A DNA stretch of 64,000 nt from Octopus vulgaris (lineage: Eukaryota), in assembly GCA_951406725.2 (NCBI GenBank), contig OX597819.1, forward strand, positions 50,344,001 to 50,408,000, read 5' to 3'. A model generated the notes under the pieces. The model did not search any database and was not told the origin of the DNA. It saw only the letters and a program-made list of their open reading frames with translations. The position numbers and the translations under genes were made by a program. Positions 1-14,360 of the stretch are shown here, one piece after another. Within the stretch, counting starts at the first letter, position 1, and each line of letters starts with the position of its first letter.

Positions 1-280
1 GACGATGATGATAGCGATGATGATGATGATGATGATGATGATGGTGGTGATGATAATGATAACAATAATATTTATAATGATGATGGTGACGATGACGACG
101 ATGATGATAGCGATGATGAGGACGACGACGATGATGATGATGACGATGACAATAATGTTTATGATGATGATGGTGACGATGACGACGATGATGATAGCGA
201 TGATGATGATGATGATGATGAGGATGATGATGATGATAACACTAACGGCAATAGTAATGACAACAATTACAAACAATATG
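1..280. repeat. (GAT/GAC)n trinucleotide microsatellite
   Basis: Direct reading; the poly-Met ORF 5..283 is a translation artefact. Confidence 0.95.
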
Positions 281-435
281 TAATAGAAATCAATTACAAA
301 AATTATATATATATATAAGAGATTAAAAAAAAATAGATAATACAACGCCTGTTAACAGCTGTGACCAAACAATGTTAGAATTTCTAAATGATAAGAAAAA
401 AAAATTCCTTAAAAAAACGAAAAAAAGAAACAAAT

Positions 436-603
436 ACCACCACCACCACCACCACCACCACCACCAGAACTACCAGAACTACCAGCACCAGCCTCAGCCC
501 CAGCACCACCACCAGCACCACCACTAGTACCAAACCCACCAGCACCACCACCATCACCACCGCCATCACCACCACCACCACCACCACTAACAACAACAAC
601 AAT
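436..603. repeat. (ACC)n/(AAC)n imperfect microsatellite
   Basis: Direct reading. Confidence 0.95.
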
Positions 604-960
604 AAATCCCTGAAGAAAATATAATTAAAAAAATGTAAAACACAAACCGTGAAGAACGAACGATACGTAAGATAAAACGAAATATATAAATCACTTTCCT
701 CACAATAGCAAATGATACATTATTGATATTAGTTTTAGTCTTGATAATAGTATTAATTTGATATCTCCACTTGATAACAACGCTGCTTTGGAGATGTTTA
801 ACCACTTCAAACCAAGTCGATAAAAATGAGAGCAATTTAACGTGTAATTAAGTAGTATCGCTGAAATATCAATCTCGGTGAATGAGTTACACAGTTCATG
901 ATCAGATAACGTTCAATGTTTCACTGCTATATTGGTCATTCTTCAGCTCGGGTAAATGCT

Positions 961-1034
<74 letters not shown>

Positions 1035-1037
1035 TAA

Positions 1038-1460
1038 TCATTTCTATCAGAGGCACAAAGCCTGAAATTTGGATGGGGTGATTTGGATGGGGTGATTTGG
1101 TGGGGAGAATCGATTTCATCGACCCAAATACTAAATCGAACTCAGAAAGATAGGAGGCAAAAGTCGACCTGATTCCGGTGGAATTCGATCTCAGAACGTA
1201 ATGAGTCGGGAAAAAATGCTGCTAAGTATTTTGTTCGACATGCTAACGATTCTGCCAGTTGGCCTCCTCATAAATGGTTTCGAATTTCGGCTCAAAGCCA
1301 GCTGTTTTACGGGAAGAATTAACCGATTTCATTGGTGCCAAAGTTCAACAGATACTGAAAGTCAACCTCGACTGAATTTGATCAGAGAATGTAAAACCCG
1401 GAAGAAATGCCGCTAAGCATTTTGTCCGAGATTTTAATAATTCTGCCCGCTCACTGCCTC
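1038..1460 (-). mobile_element. Two degenerate copies of tRNA-derived SINE family A, next to (AAT)n 962-1030
   Basis: Similar to the family A body (AAAGTCGACC...GGAATTYGAWCTCAGAACGTAA...GCTAAGYATTTT). Confidence 0.7.
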
Positions 1461-1690
1461 AGTCCTATTGATATGATAATGACGTTACATAGAAGAAGGA
1501 CATGGTTCACGTACTATACGGTTTCTTACCATAAATATCAAAACAGTTAAGCTAATAAAATTTCAGCTCGTTCAAGCGTAAAATTCTGAAGACGAAGACT
1601 GTGAGGATTATATTAATGATTCTGAGGGCAAGCCTTGTTACGCACAAATGTAGTCATGCAGCGTGGTCTCAGAATATTCAACCATTTATA

Positions 1691-2231
1691 TCGGGTTGTC
1701 TGGAAAGTTCGTGCCGATTTATAGTAGCTTACCTTTCGACTTATTTTAGAACATGGTTGAGTTCATAAAATAGGATTTGACTACACCTCCATTTAGAGCA
1801 CAGTTTAAGCTATCTTTTGGTGGGAGAAGGTTTATGTTCCTATAACCTGTGTTAATTCTGTAACCCTTTAAAATGGAAAATAAGAAAGTTCATTTTCAGC
1901 ACTCGATGCTATGGAAACCAGACAAAAATTTCCCACCCTCCATATTTACCAGATAGTGCTCCTTCGGATTTCCACTTATTCAGGTCTCTGCAGAATAGTC
2001 TTGATGGTAAAAATTTCAATTCCTTGGATGACGTAAAAGGATACCTTGATGAATTCTTTGCCATGAAACTACCTCAGTTCTGGGAAGAGGGTATTTTCAA
2101 GGTAAAGGAAAGATGGAGACGCATTGTGCAACAGAATGGCTCATATTTGGTTGATTAAAAATGTAATGGCAAGTATTTATTGACCATTTTCTTTCCTTTA
2201 AAAATCGGCACGAACTTTCCGGACAACCCAA
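1691..2231 (+). mobile_element. Internally deleted mariner transposon (MITE-like)
   Basis: ~30-bp TIRs (TCGGGTTGTCTGGAAAGTTCGTGCCGATTT / AAATCGGCACGAACTTTCCGGACAACCCAA) with TA on both sides (1689-90, 2232-33). ATG 1873 MENKKVHFQHSMLW is joined out of frame to the C-terminus PHPPYLPDSAPSDFHLFRSLQNSL...ERWRRIVQQNGSYLVD* (stop 2158), matching the mariner YSPDLAPSD region. Confidence 0.93.
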
Positions 2232-2504
2232 TACATTAATCGAATGGGCAGGAAATTCAGTTGATTGAAGAACCGAAAACTCATGGTTGGAAATTCGAAC
2301 TGAGATCCATTTTCTTATTCATGATGCAGTTGTCTACCATTAAAATATAACGAAAGTGGCCTTGTGTGATCACACCGCGTGCTAGAAATAGTAGCCATAA
2401 TTCCCGGAAACCACATACTTGCCCATTGGTTTCCAAACTCTCTGTAATATCATTATTTTATCATGCTATCTTTAAAGTATGAGACACTTCTTGCGCGAAT
2501 ACTG

Positions 2505-2738
<234 letters not shown>

Positions 2739-2739
2739 C

Positions 2740-3335
2740 GTTTCTGCTGGAAGCACAAGGCCTCACATTTGGGAGAAGGGATTAAAGTCGATTTATATCG
2801 ACTCCAGTGCATAACTGGCACTTAATTTATCGACCCCGAAAGGATGAAAGGCAAAGTTGACCTCGGGGGAATTTGAACTCAGCATTTCGTCCAGTGTGCT
2901 ATCGATTTTGCCAGCTCGCCGCCTTAATAATAATAATAATGATAGTTTCAAATTTTGTCATAAGGACAGCCATTTTGGGGGAGGGGATGTGTCGATTACA
3001 TCGATCCTAGTGTTCAACTAGTACTTAATTTATCGACCCCAAAAAGATGAACGGCAAAGTCGACCTCGGTGGAATTTGAACTCCGAACGTAACGACAGAC
3101 GAAATACCTATTTCTTTACTACCCACAAGGGGCTAAACACAGAGGGAACAAACAAGGACAGACAAAAGGATTAAGTCGATTATATCGACTCCAGTGCGTA
3201 ACTGGTACTTAATTTATCGACCTCGAAAGGATGAAAGGCAAAGTCGACTCCGGCGGTATTTGAACTCAGAGCGTAACGGCAGACGAAATACCGCTAAGCA
3301 TTTCACCCGGCATGCTAACGTCTCTGCCAGCTCAC
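2740..3335 (-). mobile_element. Cluster of SINE family A copies, including a head-to-tail dimer; duplicated at ~7560-8170
   Basis: Reverse complement of the family A consensus; dimer junction GAAATACC|TATTTCTTTACTACCCAC at ~3101-3126. Confidence 0.9.
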
Positions 3336-3337
3336 CT

Positions 3338-3400
<63 letters not shown>

Positions 3401-3427
3401 TGATGATAATAATAATAATAATAAAAT

Positions 3428-5283
3428 TAAGCACGAAAGCAAGAAAACTTCATACTTAGTAACAAAACAGAAAAAGAAATGTCTAAGTGAATTCCAAATA
3501 CAGCAAGTCCCAGAATTAGATGTACAGGAAAGAACCACAGAAAAAAAGTTAAGCGTATGAAAACCCTTACTAAAACTGCTGCCTCAGATATTCGTACAGA
3601 TAAATGGCAAGAAAAACCTCTCAATGATAAATACTCAAAGGGAGCTAAAAATGCCGGTGTTGACAAAGCCCTTACCCGCAATGGTTAGCGTTTCTGGCTC
3701 AAGATCAAAGATAGAATGGTTTGTCATAGTTACCAGGCCAACTCCTTAAAGAACAGCAGTCATAGGTGCCCTAGGCATGATAGCAAAAGGGGTTGATTGT
3801 TACTCGTCTCAGATACCAGGAATTTCAAAAGTGGAAGAAATTCAAAAAAATAGTGCTCATGGTAACTCATATCCTACGAAAAATATTGACTATGTGATTC
3901 CAAAAACTTTTAAATTTGTAAACAGTATCAAAAGTACTTTTAAATATACATAATAGTAAACACCTTTTACCGCCATCTTTAGACCACACTATCATGTTAT
4001 ATTCAGGTTACTTTTAAAACAAACTTTTAATTTTATTATGTTTTGACAGGCATTCTCTGGAACAATACTCTGTACAAAACCAAAAATATGGTACCCTAGT
4101 TATAATACCAAATTGAACTTTTAACTTGTCTCTTGAGGTCTCTGGGTAGGGCTTGGAGTCAACTTGTATAAATACAAAGCAAAATCCAAACATCACTAAA
4201 AGATTCTACGAAGAACTTGGCAAAATAAAATAGAGATCAATAAAGCACCAACAGCAGAAGTGGAAGAGTTTTGAAAAGAAATATGGTCGGCGAAGGAACA
4301 ACCTCAGAAAAGATCTAGTAAAACAAGAAACACAGAACTTGAACAACTGAAGAGGTTACTCAAGCACTGCAAAAACAAAGCAACAGGAAAGCACCCGGGC
4401 ACTACAAAATCCCCAGTTTCTAGTTTAAATATCTATCAGGAATACATAAAACACTGGCTGAGAAAAAACTAGCTGAGCCAGAGACAATGCCTGAATGGCT
4501 CACGGAAAGGAAAACTATCCTAATTCTCAAATCCACTGAAACGGCAAACCTACAAAATTACAGACCGATAACTTGTCTCCCTACAATTTAGAAATCCTTT
4601 ACTGCGATACTATCGCAGAAGATGAGCAAACATCTGGAAGAAAACAACCTGTTTCCTCTACTGATCAATAAAGCCATAACTGAAGACAACCGCAGAAAGA
4701 AGAAGGTTCTAAGTATGGCCTGGATCGATTATCGAAAGGCTTTTGATAGTATTCCTCACGCATGGATCCTAGAAATACTAGCCACGAACAAGGTAGCAAC
4801 CATAATCATAAAATATATAAAAATCTATGAATAAATGGTACACTGTGCTACAGCTCCAGACAAAAGAGGTACTCATAAAAATCAAAGCCATCCCTATTAG
4901 AAGAGGAAAATTCCAGGGATAGTCGCTCTCTCCACTCCTTTTCTGCTTGGCACTACCCGTCCCAGCTATAAGTTACAGTTAGAATATTTTTAACTAGACT
5001 CGAAATGAACTAATGAAAATAGACAAGAAAACAGGAAAAATAATGACAGAATTTTGGATGCATCACCCACCATTTGACATAGAAATGCTATATATGCAAC
5101 GTATCGAAGGCGGCAGAGGTCTTACACAGCTAGAAAACTATTACAAAATAACCGCCATAGGACTACAGAAATACCTACTTCAGAAGCAAGGAAAACTAAT
5201 ACAAATAGCCACAAAACACAAACAAAACAGAAAACTGTATTCTGTCTTTAAGAAAGCTGACAAATACAAAAAAGAAGTCATAG
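3428..5283 (+). pseudogene. R4/Dong-clade non-LTR retrotransposon remnants: C-terminus + 3'UTR (3428-4193), then RT region (4196-5283)
   Basis: Motifs WQEKPLN, VIGALGMIAKG...HILRKILTM*, NYRPITCLPT, LSMAWIDYRKAFDSIPHAWI and LYMQRIEGGRGL, with stops, frameshifts and internal deletions. Abuts (AAT)n, the known Dong target type. Confidence 0.82.
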
Positions 5284-5864
5284 TTGGGATAGCGCATGTT
5301 TGCGGCTCGCCATCCAGCTGTCCACGATGAACACCAACCTTTTAGCTAACACCATGACCAAAATCTTCATTGAGCAGAGTGATTTGTCTGAAATTTTCTA
5401 TAACGTCCCCCCTTGTTTGGATCTTTTTCACTCAGTGATACCATTATCAACGGCAGCGTCATTGCCAATACGATAACCAGCATTACCTTTGTTGCTGAGA
5501 CGACCATTCTAATACTCAGTCCATCATTTGCAGTAAATTCTACCTCTCCCCTATTATCCTCAGTACTGATGTGCCACCATCTTTTCGGGGTGGAACCGAT
5601 TTGACCCTTTTTTTCGTCCCTTTCCTAGCGCTAACACCAAAACTTTGACAACAGTCACTAATTAAAACCTACAAGAATTAGCACATAGCAAGGCATCATC
5701 TTCACAGACCGTCACCATCAATAATCTACCATAAGCCATCACCATCGTGTCTGTGTGTGAAACTCGAGTCATAAGATAAACGTTCAGTCCTAGTAATACA
5801 TATGTACTCTACAATGTGTATTTAGCACACCTGTCGTTGACCGCAATACAAAGTTGACCGCATG

Positions 5865-6560
5865 TATGCATACACGCACATACACACACACATACGCACA
5901 TACACATACATGTACACGCGCACATACATATTCACTCACACACACACGCACAAACACACATACACACACACACACATATACACATACGCACATAGAGAAC
6001 ACGCGCACATGCACACACAAACTTGTACACTCACACACTCACCCACACACGCACAAACATACACACAAACACACAGACGCACACACGCACTAACACACAC
6101 ACAGACACACACGCACACAAACACACAAACGTGCACAAACGCACACACGCACAAACATACACAAACACACACACGCACTAACACACACACGCACGTACAA
6201 GCACACACATTCACACACACACTCACATGCACAAACACGACGCACACACACAAACACACACACACACATGATCAACACAGAATTTATTGAGGCAGGCTTT
6301 TTTTCCATAGGTGTGAATCCCTTCCTGTCGCCAAACCCTCACTTGTTTCCAAGCAAAGTAATAGTTCTCCATAACTGGACAAGTTTACATGGAGGATTGG
6401 AAATGTATGATACTGCTTGTATAATAATGATAGCACGTGTTTACAACTATCACGTGATTTCAAAATCAGGAAGCACAAATATGCACATGAACACACACAG
6501 ACACACGCGTGCATGTACGCGCGCACACACACACAAACGCGCAGACACAAACATAAGTTA
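5865..6560. repeat. Degenerate (CA)n-rich tract with an embedded repeat fragment at ~6285-6470; duplicated at ~10700-11395
   Basis: Direct reading. CCCTTCCTGTCGCCAAACC resembles the reverse complement of an RTE-type SINE tail motif (GGTTGGCGACAGGAAGGG). Confidence 0.75.
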
Positions 6561-7383
6561 ACGAAACTAAAGATTTCAATTCATGCAGCACATTTCCAAA
6601 TTCTCCAATGAAATAAGCAAAATTCTTTTATTAGTTTAACAAATTCAATAAACCACCCCAAATTTACCCATGAAGAAGCTTTTAAAAATTTCGTTCTTGA
6701 CCAGAAATGTTTCCAAACCTATTAGCAAAGTCACTCACCCATTAAATACTACTCACAGTATGAGAAACTCCTCCATCAATAAATAAATAATGGTCTTATA
6801 TAGTTTCAGAGTTAAGTACACAAAACTCGCACACACACGCAAGTAAGTCTTTAAAAACTCTTAACCTTCGCCAAAATGATATTTACCCATATAATACCAT
6901 CCTGCTTTGACCTCAAAATTTACAAACAAAATACGATATGCACCGAAGGAAACTTGATAAAAACTGGTCTTAATTAGATTAACTGCAAAATTCAGTAAAA
7001 AATAAATAAATAAATAAATAAATAAAATACTGCCTCTTCGTCAGCAAATTTAACTGACCACAGAAACATAATCATTAACGAAGCCGAAAAATAACATTCA
7101 GTCAACAAACGCAAAAATCAAAATTAATGAATTGACACAGACAAGTGATCACACCCACCCCAGCTATATAAATATACCACTAATTCAACTTAGTGGTAGC
7201 AGTTCTCGTTTGGAGATAGGCGCGGGAGTGGCTGTGTGGTAAGTAGCTTGCTAACCAACCACATAGTTCCGGGTTCAGTCCCACTGCGTGGCATCTTGGG
7301 CAAGTGTCTTCTGCTATGGCCCCGGGCCGACCAATGCCTTGTGAGTGGATTTGGTAGACGGAAACTGAAAGAAGCCTGTCGTA

Positions 7384-7445
<62 letters not shown>

Positions 7446-7509
7446 TAAATTTCCTCTATTTACATAATATTGAGGTCTCTTTCTTTCTTTTGTTATCTTA
7501 CCGTTTTAT

Positions 7510-7562
<53 letters not shown>

Positions 7563-8170
7563 TACTACCCACAAGGGGCTAAACATAGAGGGGACAAACA
7601 AGGACAGACAAAGGAATTAAGTCGATTACATCGACCCCAGTGCGAAACTGGTACTTAATTTATCGACCCCGAAAGGATGAAAGGCAAAGTCGACCTCGGG
7701 GGAATTTGAACTCAGCATTTCGTCCAGTGTGCTATCGATTTTGCCAGCTCGCCGCCTTAATAATAATAATAATGATAGTTTCAAATTTTGTCATAAGGAC
7801 AGCCATTTTGGGGGAGGGGATGTGTCGATTACATCGATCCTAGTGTTCAACTAGTACTTAATTTATCGACCCCAAAAAGATGAACGGCAAAGTCGACCTC
7901 GGTGGAATTTGAACTCCGAACGTAACGACAGACGAAATACCTATTTCTTTACTACCCACAAGGGGCTAAACACAGAGGGAACAAACAAGGACAGACAAAA
8001 GGATTAAGTCGATTATATCGACTCCAGTGCGTAACTGGTACTTAATTTATCGACCTCGAAAGGATGAAAGGCAAAGTCGACTCCGGCGGTATTTGAACTC
8101 AGAGCGTAACGGCAGACGAAATACCGCTAAGCATTTCACCCGGCATGCTAACGTCTCTGCCAGCTCACCT

Positions 8171-8239
<69 letters not shown>

Positions 8240-8263
8240 TGATAATAATAATAATAATAAAAT

Positions 8264-10119
8264 TAAGCACGAAAGCAAGAAAACTTCATACTTAGTAACA
8301 AAACAGAAAAAGAAATGTCTAAGTGAATTCCAAATACAGCAAGTCCCAGAATTAGATGTACAGGAAAGAACCACAGAAAAAAAGTTAAGCGTATGAAAAC
8401 CCTTACTAAAACTGCTGCCTCAGATATTCGTACAGATAAATGGCAAGAAAAACCTCTCAATGATAAATACTCAAAGGGAGCTAAAAATGCCGGTGTTGAC
8501 AAAGCCCTTACCCGCAATGGTTAGCGTTTCTGGCTCAAGATCAAAGATAGAATGGTTTGTCATAGTTACCAGGCCAACTCCTTAAAGAACAGCAGTCATA
8601 GGTGCCCTAGGCATGATAGCAAAAGGGGTTGATTGTTACTCGTCTCAGATACCAGGAATTTCAAAAGTGGAAGAAATTCAAAAAAATAGTGCTCATGGTA
8701 ACTCATATCCTACGAAAAATATTGACTATGTGATTCCAAAAACTTTTAAATTTGTAAACAGTATCAAAAGTACTTTTAAATATACATAATAGTAAACACC
8801 TTTTACCGCCATCTTTAGACCACACTATCATGTTATATTCAGGTTACTTTTAAAACAAACTTTTAATTTTATTATGTTTTGACAGGCATTCTCTGGAACA
8901 ATACTCTGTACAAAACCAAAAATATGGTACCCTAGTTATAATACCAAATTGAACTTTTAACTTGTCTCTTGAGGTCTCTGGGTAGGGCTTGGAGTCAACT
9001 TGTATAAATACAAAGCAAAATCCAAACATCACTAAAAGATTCTACGAAGAACTTGGCAAAATAAAATAGAGATCAATAAAGCACCAACAGCAGAAGTGGA
9101 AGAGTTTTGAAAAGAAATATGGTCGGCGAAGGAACAACCTCAGAAAAGATCTAGTAAAACAAGAAACACAGAACTTGAACAACTGAAGAGGTTACTCAAG
9201 CACTGCAAAAACAAAGCAACAGGAAAGCACCCGGGCACTACAAAATCCCCAGTTTCTAGTTTAAATATCTATCAGGAATACATAAAACACTGGCTGAGAA
9301 AAAACTAGCTGAGCCAGAGACAATGCCTGAATGGCTCACGGAAAGGAAAACTATCCTAATTCTCAAATCCACTGAAACGGCAAACCTACAAAATTACAGA
9401 CCGATAACTTGTCTCCCTACAATTTAGAAATCCTTTACTGCGATACTATCGCAGAAGATGAGCAAACATCTGGAAGAAAACAACCTGTTTCCTCTACTGA
9501 TCAATAAAGCCATAACTGAAGACAACCGCAGAAAGAAGAAGGTTCTAAGTATGGCCTGGATCGATTATCGAAAGGCTTTTGATAGTATTCCTCACGCATG
9601 GATCCTAGAAATACTAGCCACGAACAAGGTAGCAACCATAATCATAAAATATATAAAAATCTATGAATAAATGGTACACTGTGCTACAGCTCCAGACAAA
9701 AGAGGTACTCATAAAAATCAAAGCCATCCCTATTAGAAGAGGAAAATTCCAGGGATAGTCGCTCTCTCCACTCCTTTTCTGCTTGGCACTACCCGTCCCA
9801 GCTATAAGTTACAGTTAGAATATTTTTAACTAGACTCGAAATGAACTAATGAAAATAGACAAGAAAACAGGAAAAATAATGACAGAATTTTGGATGCATC
9901 ACCCACCATTTGACATAGAAATGCTATATATGCAACGTATCGAAGGCGGCAGAGGTCTTACACAGCTAGAAAACTATTACAAAATAACCGCCATAGGACT
10001 ACAGAAATACCTACTTCAGAAGCAAGGAAAACTAATACAAATAGCCACAAAACACAAACAAAACAGAAAACTGTATTCTGTCTTTAAGAAAGCTGACAAA
10101 TACAAAAAAGAAGTCATAG
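8264..10119 (+). pseudogene. Second (duplicated) copy of the R4/Dong remnants
   Basis: Same sequence as 3428-5283, offset ~4836. Confidence 0.82.
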
Positions 10120-12055
10120 TTGGGATAGCGCATGTTTGCGGCTCGCCATCCAGCTGTCCACGATGAACACCAACCTTTTAGCTAACACCATGACCAAAAT
10201 CTTCATTGAGCAGAGTGATTTGTCTGAAATTTTCTATAACGTCCCCCTTGTTTGGATCTTTTTCACTCAGTGATACCATTATCAACGGCAGCGTCATTGC
10301 CAATACGATAACCAGCATTACCTTTGTTGCTGAGACGACCATTCTAATACTCAGTCCATCATTTGCAGTAAATTCTACCTCTCCCCTATTATCCTCAGTA
10401 CTGATGTGCCACCATCTTTTCGGGGTGGAACCGATTTGACCCTTTTTTTCGTCCCTTTCCTAGCGCTAACACCAAAACTTTGACAACAGTCACTAATTAA
10501 AACCTACAAGAATTAGCACATAGCAAGGCATCATCTTCACAGACCGTCACCATCAATAATCTACCATAAGCCATCACCATCGTGTCTGTGTGTGAAACTC
10601 GAGTCATAAGATAAACGTTCAGTCCTAGTAATACATATGTACTCTACAATGTGTATTTAGCACACCTGTCGTTGACCGCAATACAAAGTTGACCGCATGT
10701 ATGCATACACGCACATACACACACACATACGCACATACACATACATGTACACGCGCACATACATATTCACTCACACACACACGCACAAACACACATACAC
10801 ACACACACACATATACACATACGCACATAGAGAACACGCGCACATGCACACACAAACTTGTACACTCACACACTCACCCACACACGCACAAACATACACA
10901 CAAACACACAGACGCACACACGCACTAACACACACACAGACACACACGCACACAAACACACAAACGTGCACAAACGCACACACGCACAAACATACACAAA
11001 CACACACACGCACTAACACACACACGCACGTACAAGCACACACATTCACACACACACTCACATGCACAAACACGACGCACACACACAAACACACACACAC
11101 ACACATGATCAACACAGAATTTATTGAGGCAGGCTTTTTTTCCATAGGTGTGAATCCCTTCCTGTCGCCAAACCCTCACTTGTTTCCAAGCAAAGTAATA
11201 GTTCTCCATAACTGGACAAGTTTACATGGAGGATTGGAAATGTATGATACTGCTTGTATAATAATGATAGCACGTGTTTACAACTATCACGTGATTTCAA
11301 AATCAGGAAGCACAAATATGCACATGAACACACACAGACACACGCGTGCATGTACGCGCGCACACACACACAAACGCGCAGACACAAACATAAGTTAACG
11401 AAACTAAAGATTTCAATTCATGCAGCACATTTCCAAATTCTCCAATGAAATAAGCAAAATTCTTTTATTAGTTTAACAAATTCAATAAACCACCCCAAAT
11501 TTACCCATGAAGAAGCTTTTAAAAATTTCGTTCTTGACCAGAAATGTTTCCAAACCTATTAGCAAAGTCACTCACCCATTAAATACTACTCACAGTATGA
11601 GAAACTCCTCCATCAATAAATAAATAATGGTCTTATATAGTTTCAGAGTTAAGTACACAAAACTCGCACACACACGCAAGTAAGTCTTTAAAAACTCTTA
11701 ACCTTCGCCAAAATGATATTTACCCATATAATACCATCCTGCTTTGACCTCAAAATTTACAAACAAAATACGATATGCACCGAAGGAAACTTGATAAAAA
11801 CTGGTCTTAATTAGATTAACTGCAAAATTCAGTAAAAAATAAATAAATAAATAAATAAATAAAATACTGCCTCTTCGTCAGCAAATTTAACTGACCACAG
11901 AAACATAATCATTAACGAAGCCGAAAAATAACATTCAGTCAACAAACGCAAAAATCAAAATTAATGAATTGACACAGACAAGTGATCACACCCACCCCAG
12001 CTATATAAATATACCACTAATTCAACTTAGTGGTAGCAGTTCTCGTTTGGAGATA

Positions 12056-12220
12056 GGCGCGGGAGTGGCTGTGTGGTAAGTAGCTTGCTAACCAACCACA
12101 TAGTTCCGGGTTCAGTCCCACTGCGTGGCATCTTGGGCAAGTGTCTTCTGCTATGGCCCCGGGCCGACCAATGCCTTGTGAGTGGATTTGGTAGACGGAA
12201 ACTGAAAGAAGCCTGTCGTA

Positions 12221-12284
<64 letters not shown>

Positions 12285-12348
12285 TAAATTTCCTCTATTT
12301 ACATAATATTGAGGTCTCTTTCTTTCTTTTGTTATCTTACCGTTTTAT

Positions 12349-12395
<47 letters not shown>

Positions 12396-12618
12396 TACTA
12401 CCCACAAGGGGCTAAACATAGAGGGGACAAACAAGGACAGACAAAGGAATTAAGTCGATTACATCGACCCCAGTGCGAAACTGGTACTTAATTTATCGAC
12501 CCCGAAAGGATGAAAGGCAAAGTCGACCTCGGCGGAATTTGAACTCAGAGCGTAACGGCAGACGAAATACGGCTACGCATTTCTCCCGGTGTGCTAACGT
12601 GTCTGCCAGCTCGCCGAC

Positions 12619-12653
<35 letters not shown>

Positions 12654-12881
12654 TTGTGTGTCTGTGTTTGTCCCCCTAGCATTGCTTGACAACCGATGCT
12701 GGTGTGTTTATGTCCCTGTCACTTAGCGGTTCGGCAAAAGAGACCGATAGAATAAGTACTGGGCTTACAAAGAATAAGTCCCGGGGTCGATTTGCTCTAC
12801 TAAAGGCGGTGCTCCAGCATGGCCGCAGTCAAATGACTGAAACAAGTAAAAGAGTAAAGAGTAAAAGAGTAAAGAGTAAAG
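12056..12881 (+). mobile_element. SINE family B (tRNA head + CORE-like domain + internal microsatellite + 3' domain) with nested insertions; head-only copy at 7219-7390
   Basis: A-box-like TGGCTGTGTGG, B-box GGTTCAGTCCC and CORE-like GTGGCATCTTGGGCAAGTGTCTTCT. 3' domain ends in (GTAAAAGA)n. Nested SINE A (minus, 12390-12618) and a short AT-rich fragment (12283-12350) sit in the internal (TA)n. Confidence 0.88.
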
Positions 12882-14209
12882 AGGGTGTGAAATTCCATTT
12901 ACAAGTTAAGCATTCAGTTTCAATAAACCACACGCACAAACAACACACAGGCACATATACACGCACAGAGAAGCGTGTATGTGTGTAAGTAATATATTCA
13001 TACTGTTGCCTCTCCGAATTTAATTTTTTTGAGGCACACAAGGCTGCACACTATTGTACACCGAAAACACGCGGTAAAAATAAAATCAGTGATTTAATAA
13101 ATAAAGGTAGCTGCACAAATTTCGCATAATGCGAGGAATTTAGACTAATTAATAGAAGTAGCCAATGAGCAGCTGATTAGTTTGCTTATTTTATTTTATT
13201 TTATAGAACATAGGAGGATGAAAGGAAATGTTGATTCGAGTAAGATTCGAACTGAGAATCTAAAGCGACGCAACTAAAGCATCACGGGAACAAACTATCA
13301 TATCATTTAAATAAAATGTGGAAACAACCTGGCTGGCTTTTTATTGCCGGCTTCTCATCGTCATTGTAAGGAGCTGGAAGCAGCAACTTGTTCTTGCTAT
13401 AAGGAAAATAAATAAGAAAAAGTAATTTCTGCTAATTGCATCGAAAAAGTTCATAATACAAAAGAAAAAAAAAAAATTAAAAAAAAAACAAAACTAAGAC
13501 GTAAACACATAAATATATGTAATTTATACACATATAAATAAATATATAAACACAATAGAAAATGGGAGACTGCCAAAGCCCAGACAGCTCTTCAAGTCTT
13601 AGCAAATAAATATGTGCGCACTTTTGCGCTGCAATCCTGACAATTGAATTGACGGCAATCATGCCACTTTACTCACTTGTCTCCCTTGCTTTCTCTCTCT
13701 CCTTCCTCACTTCTTATACTTCCCTCCTCTTCTAGTGACACTTGGAAAGACACATAATAATAGAGAATTTCTTGTTTTGGTTATATTTTTTAAAAAGCTT
13801 TCTTTATTTATTTATATTTATGTATTTTTTTTTTCTTTTGCCATATAAGACCACAAAAATACAGTTTACACAAAAAAGAGAGGCAGCGAACAATGGGAAA
13901 AGGAAGTGACCATTCAATTGTGTATAATTCTCTTGCTTCTGGAACTGATGTCGCTAAAGCAAAGAAATTTTTTTTTAATGATTTTTTTTCCAAATAGATT
14001 TTTCTTTTATTAGTTTTCAGCTTTTTTCTTTTATCATCTATTATTTTATTGTTATTGGCATCATATGGAATAAGCAGCATTTATTATAGATATTGACATT
14101 TAGTTTGATTTTAAACTCATTAATTGTTGAAAAACTGGATTTGAATGAGCGACAGAAGATGTAAGGAAAAAAGACAAACAATCTTTGTAATGGACAATGT
14201 TAAAGAGTC

Positions 14210-14248
<39 letters not shown>

Positions 14249-14360
14249 TGATGATTTTTTTTATTTGCCATCAGGGCAAAGGATAAGGGAAACAATACAA
14301 ACACAGACATAAAAAATATTCGGTTTACATATAATGAAATAAAAAAAAAAAAAAAAAAAA

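Larger units (their letters stand above)
2859..12532 (+). repeat. Tandem segmental duplication, two 4833-bp units (2859-7691, 7692-12524)
   Basis: Identical ORF pairs in the track (4014/8850, 4622/9458, 5013/9849, 5790/10625). Visible differences are confined to microsatellite and homopolymer tracts. Confidence 0.97.

Noticed and set aside
903-952. Minus-strand CTGAAGA...GAAA hammerhead candidate
   Set aside because: Helices I and II do not pair convincingly; at best a very decayed relic.
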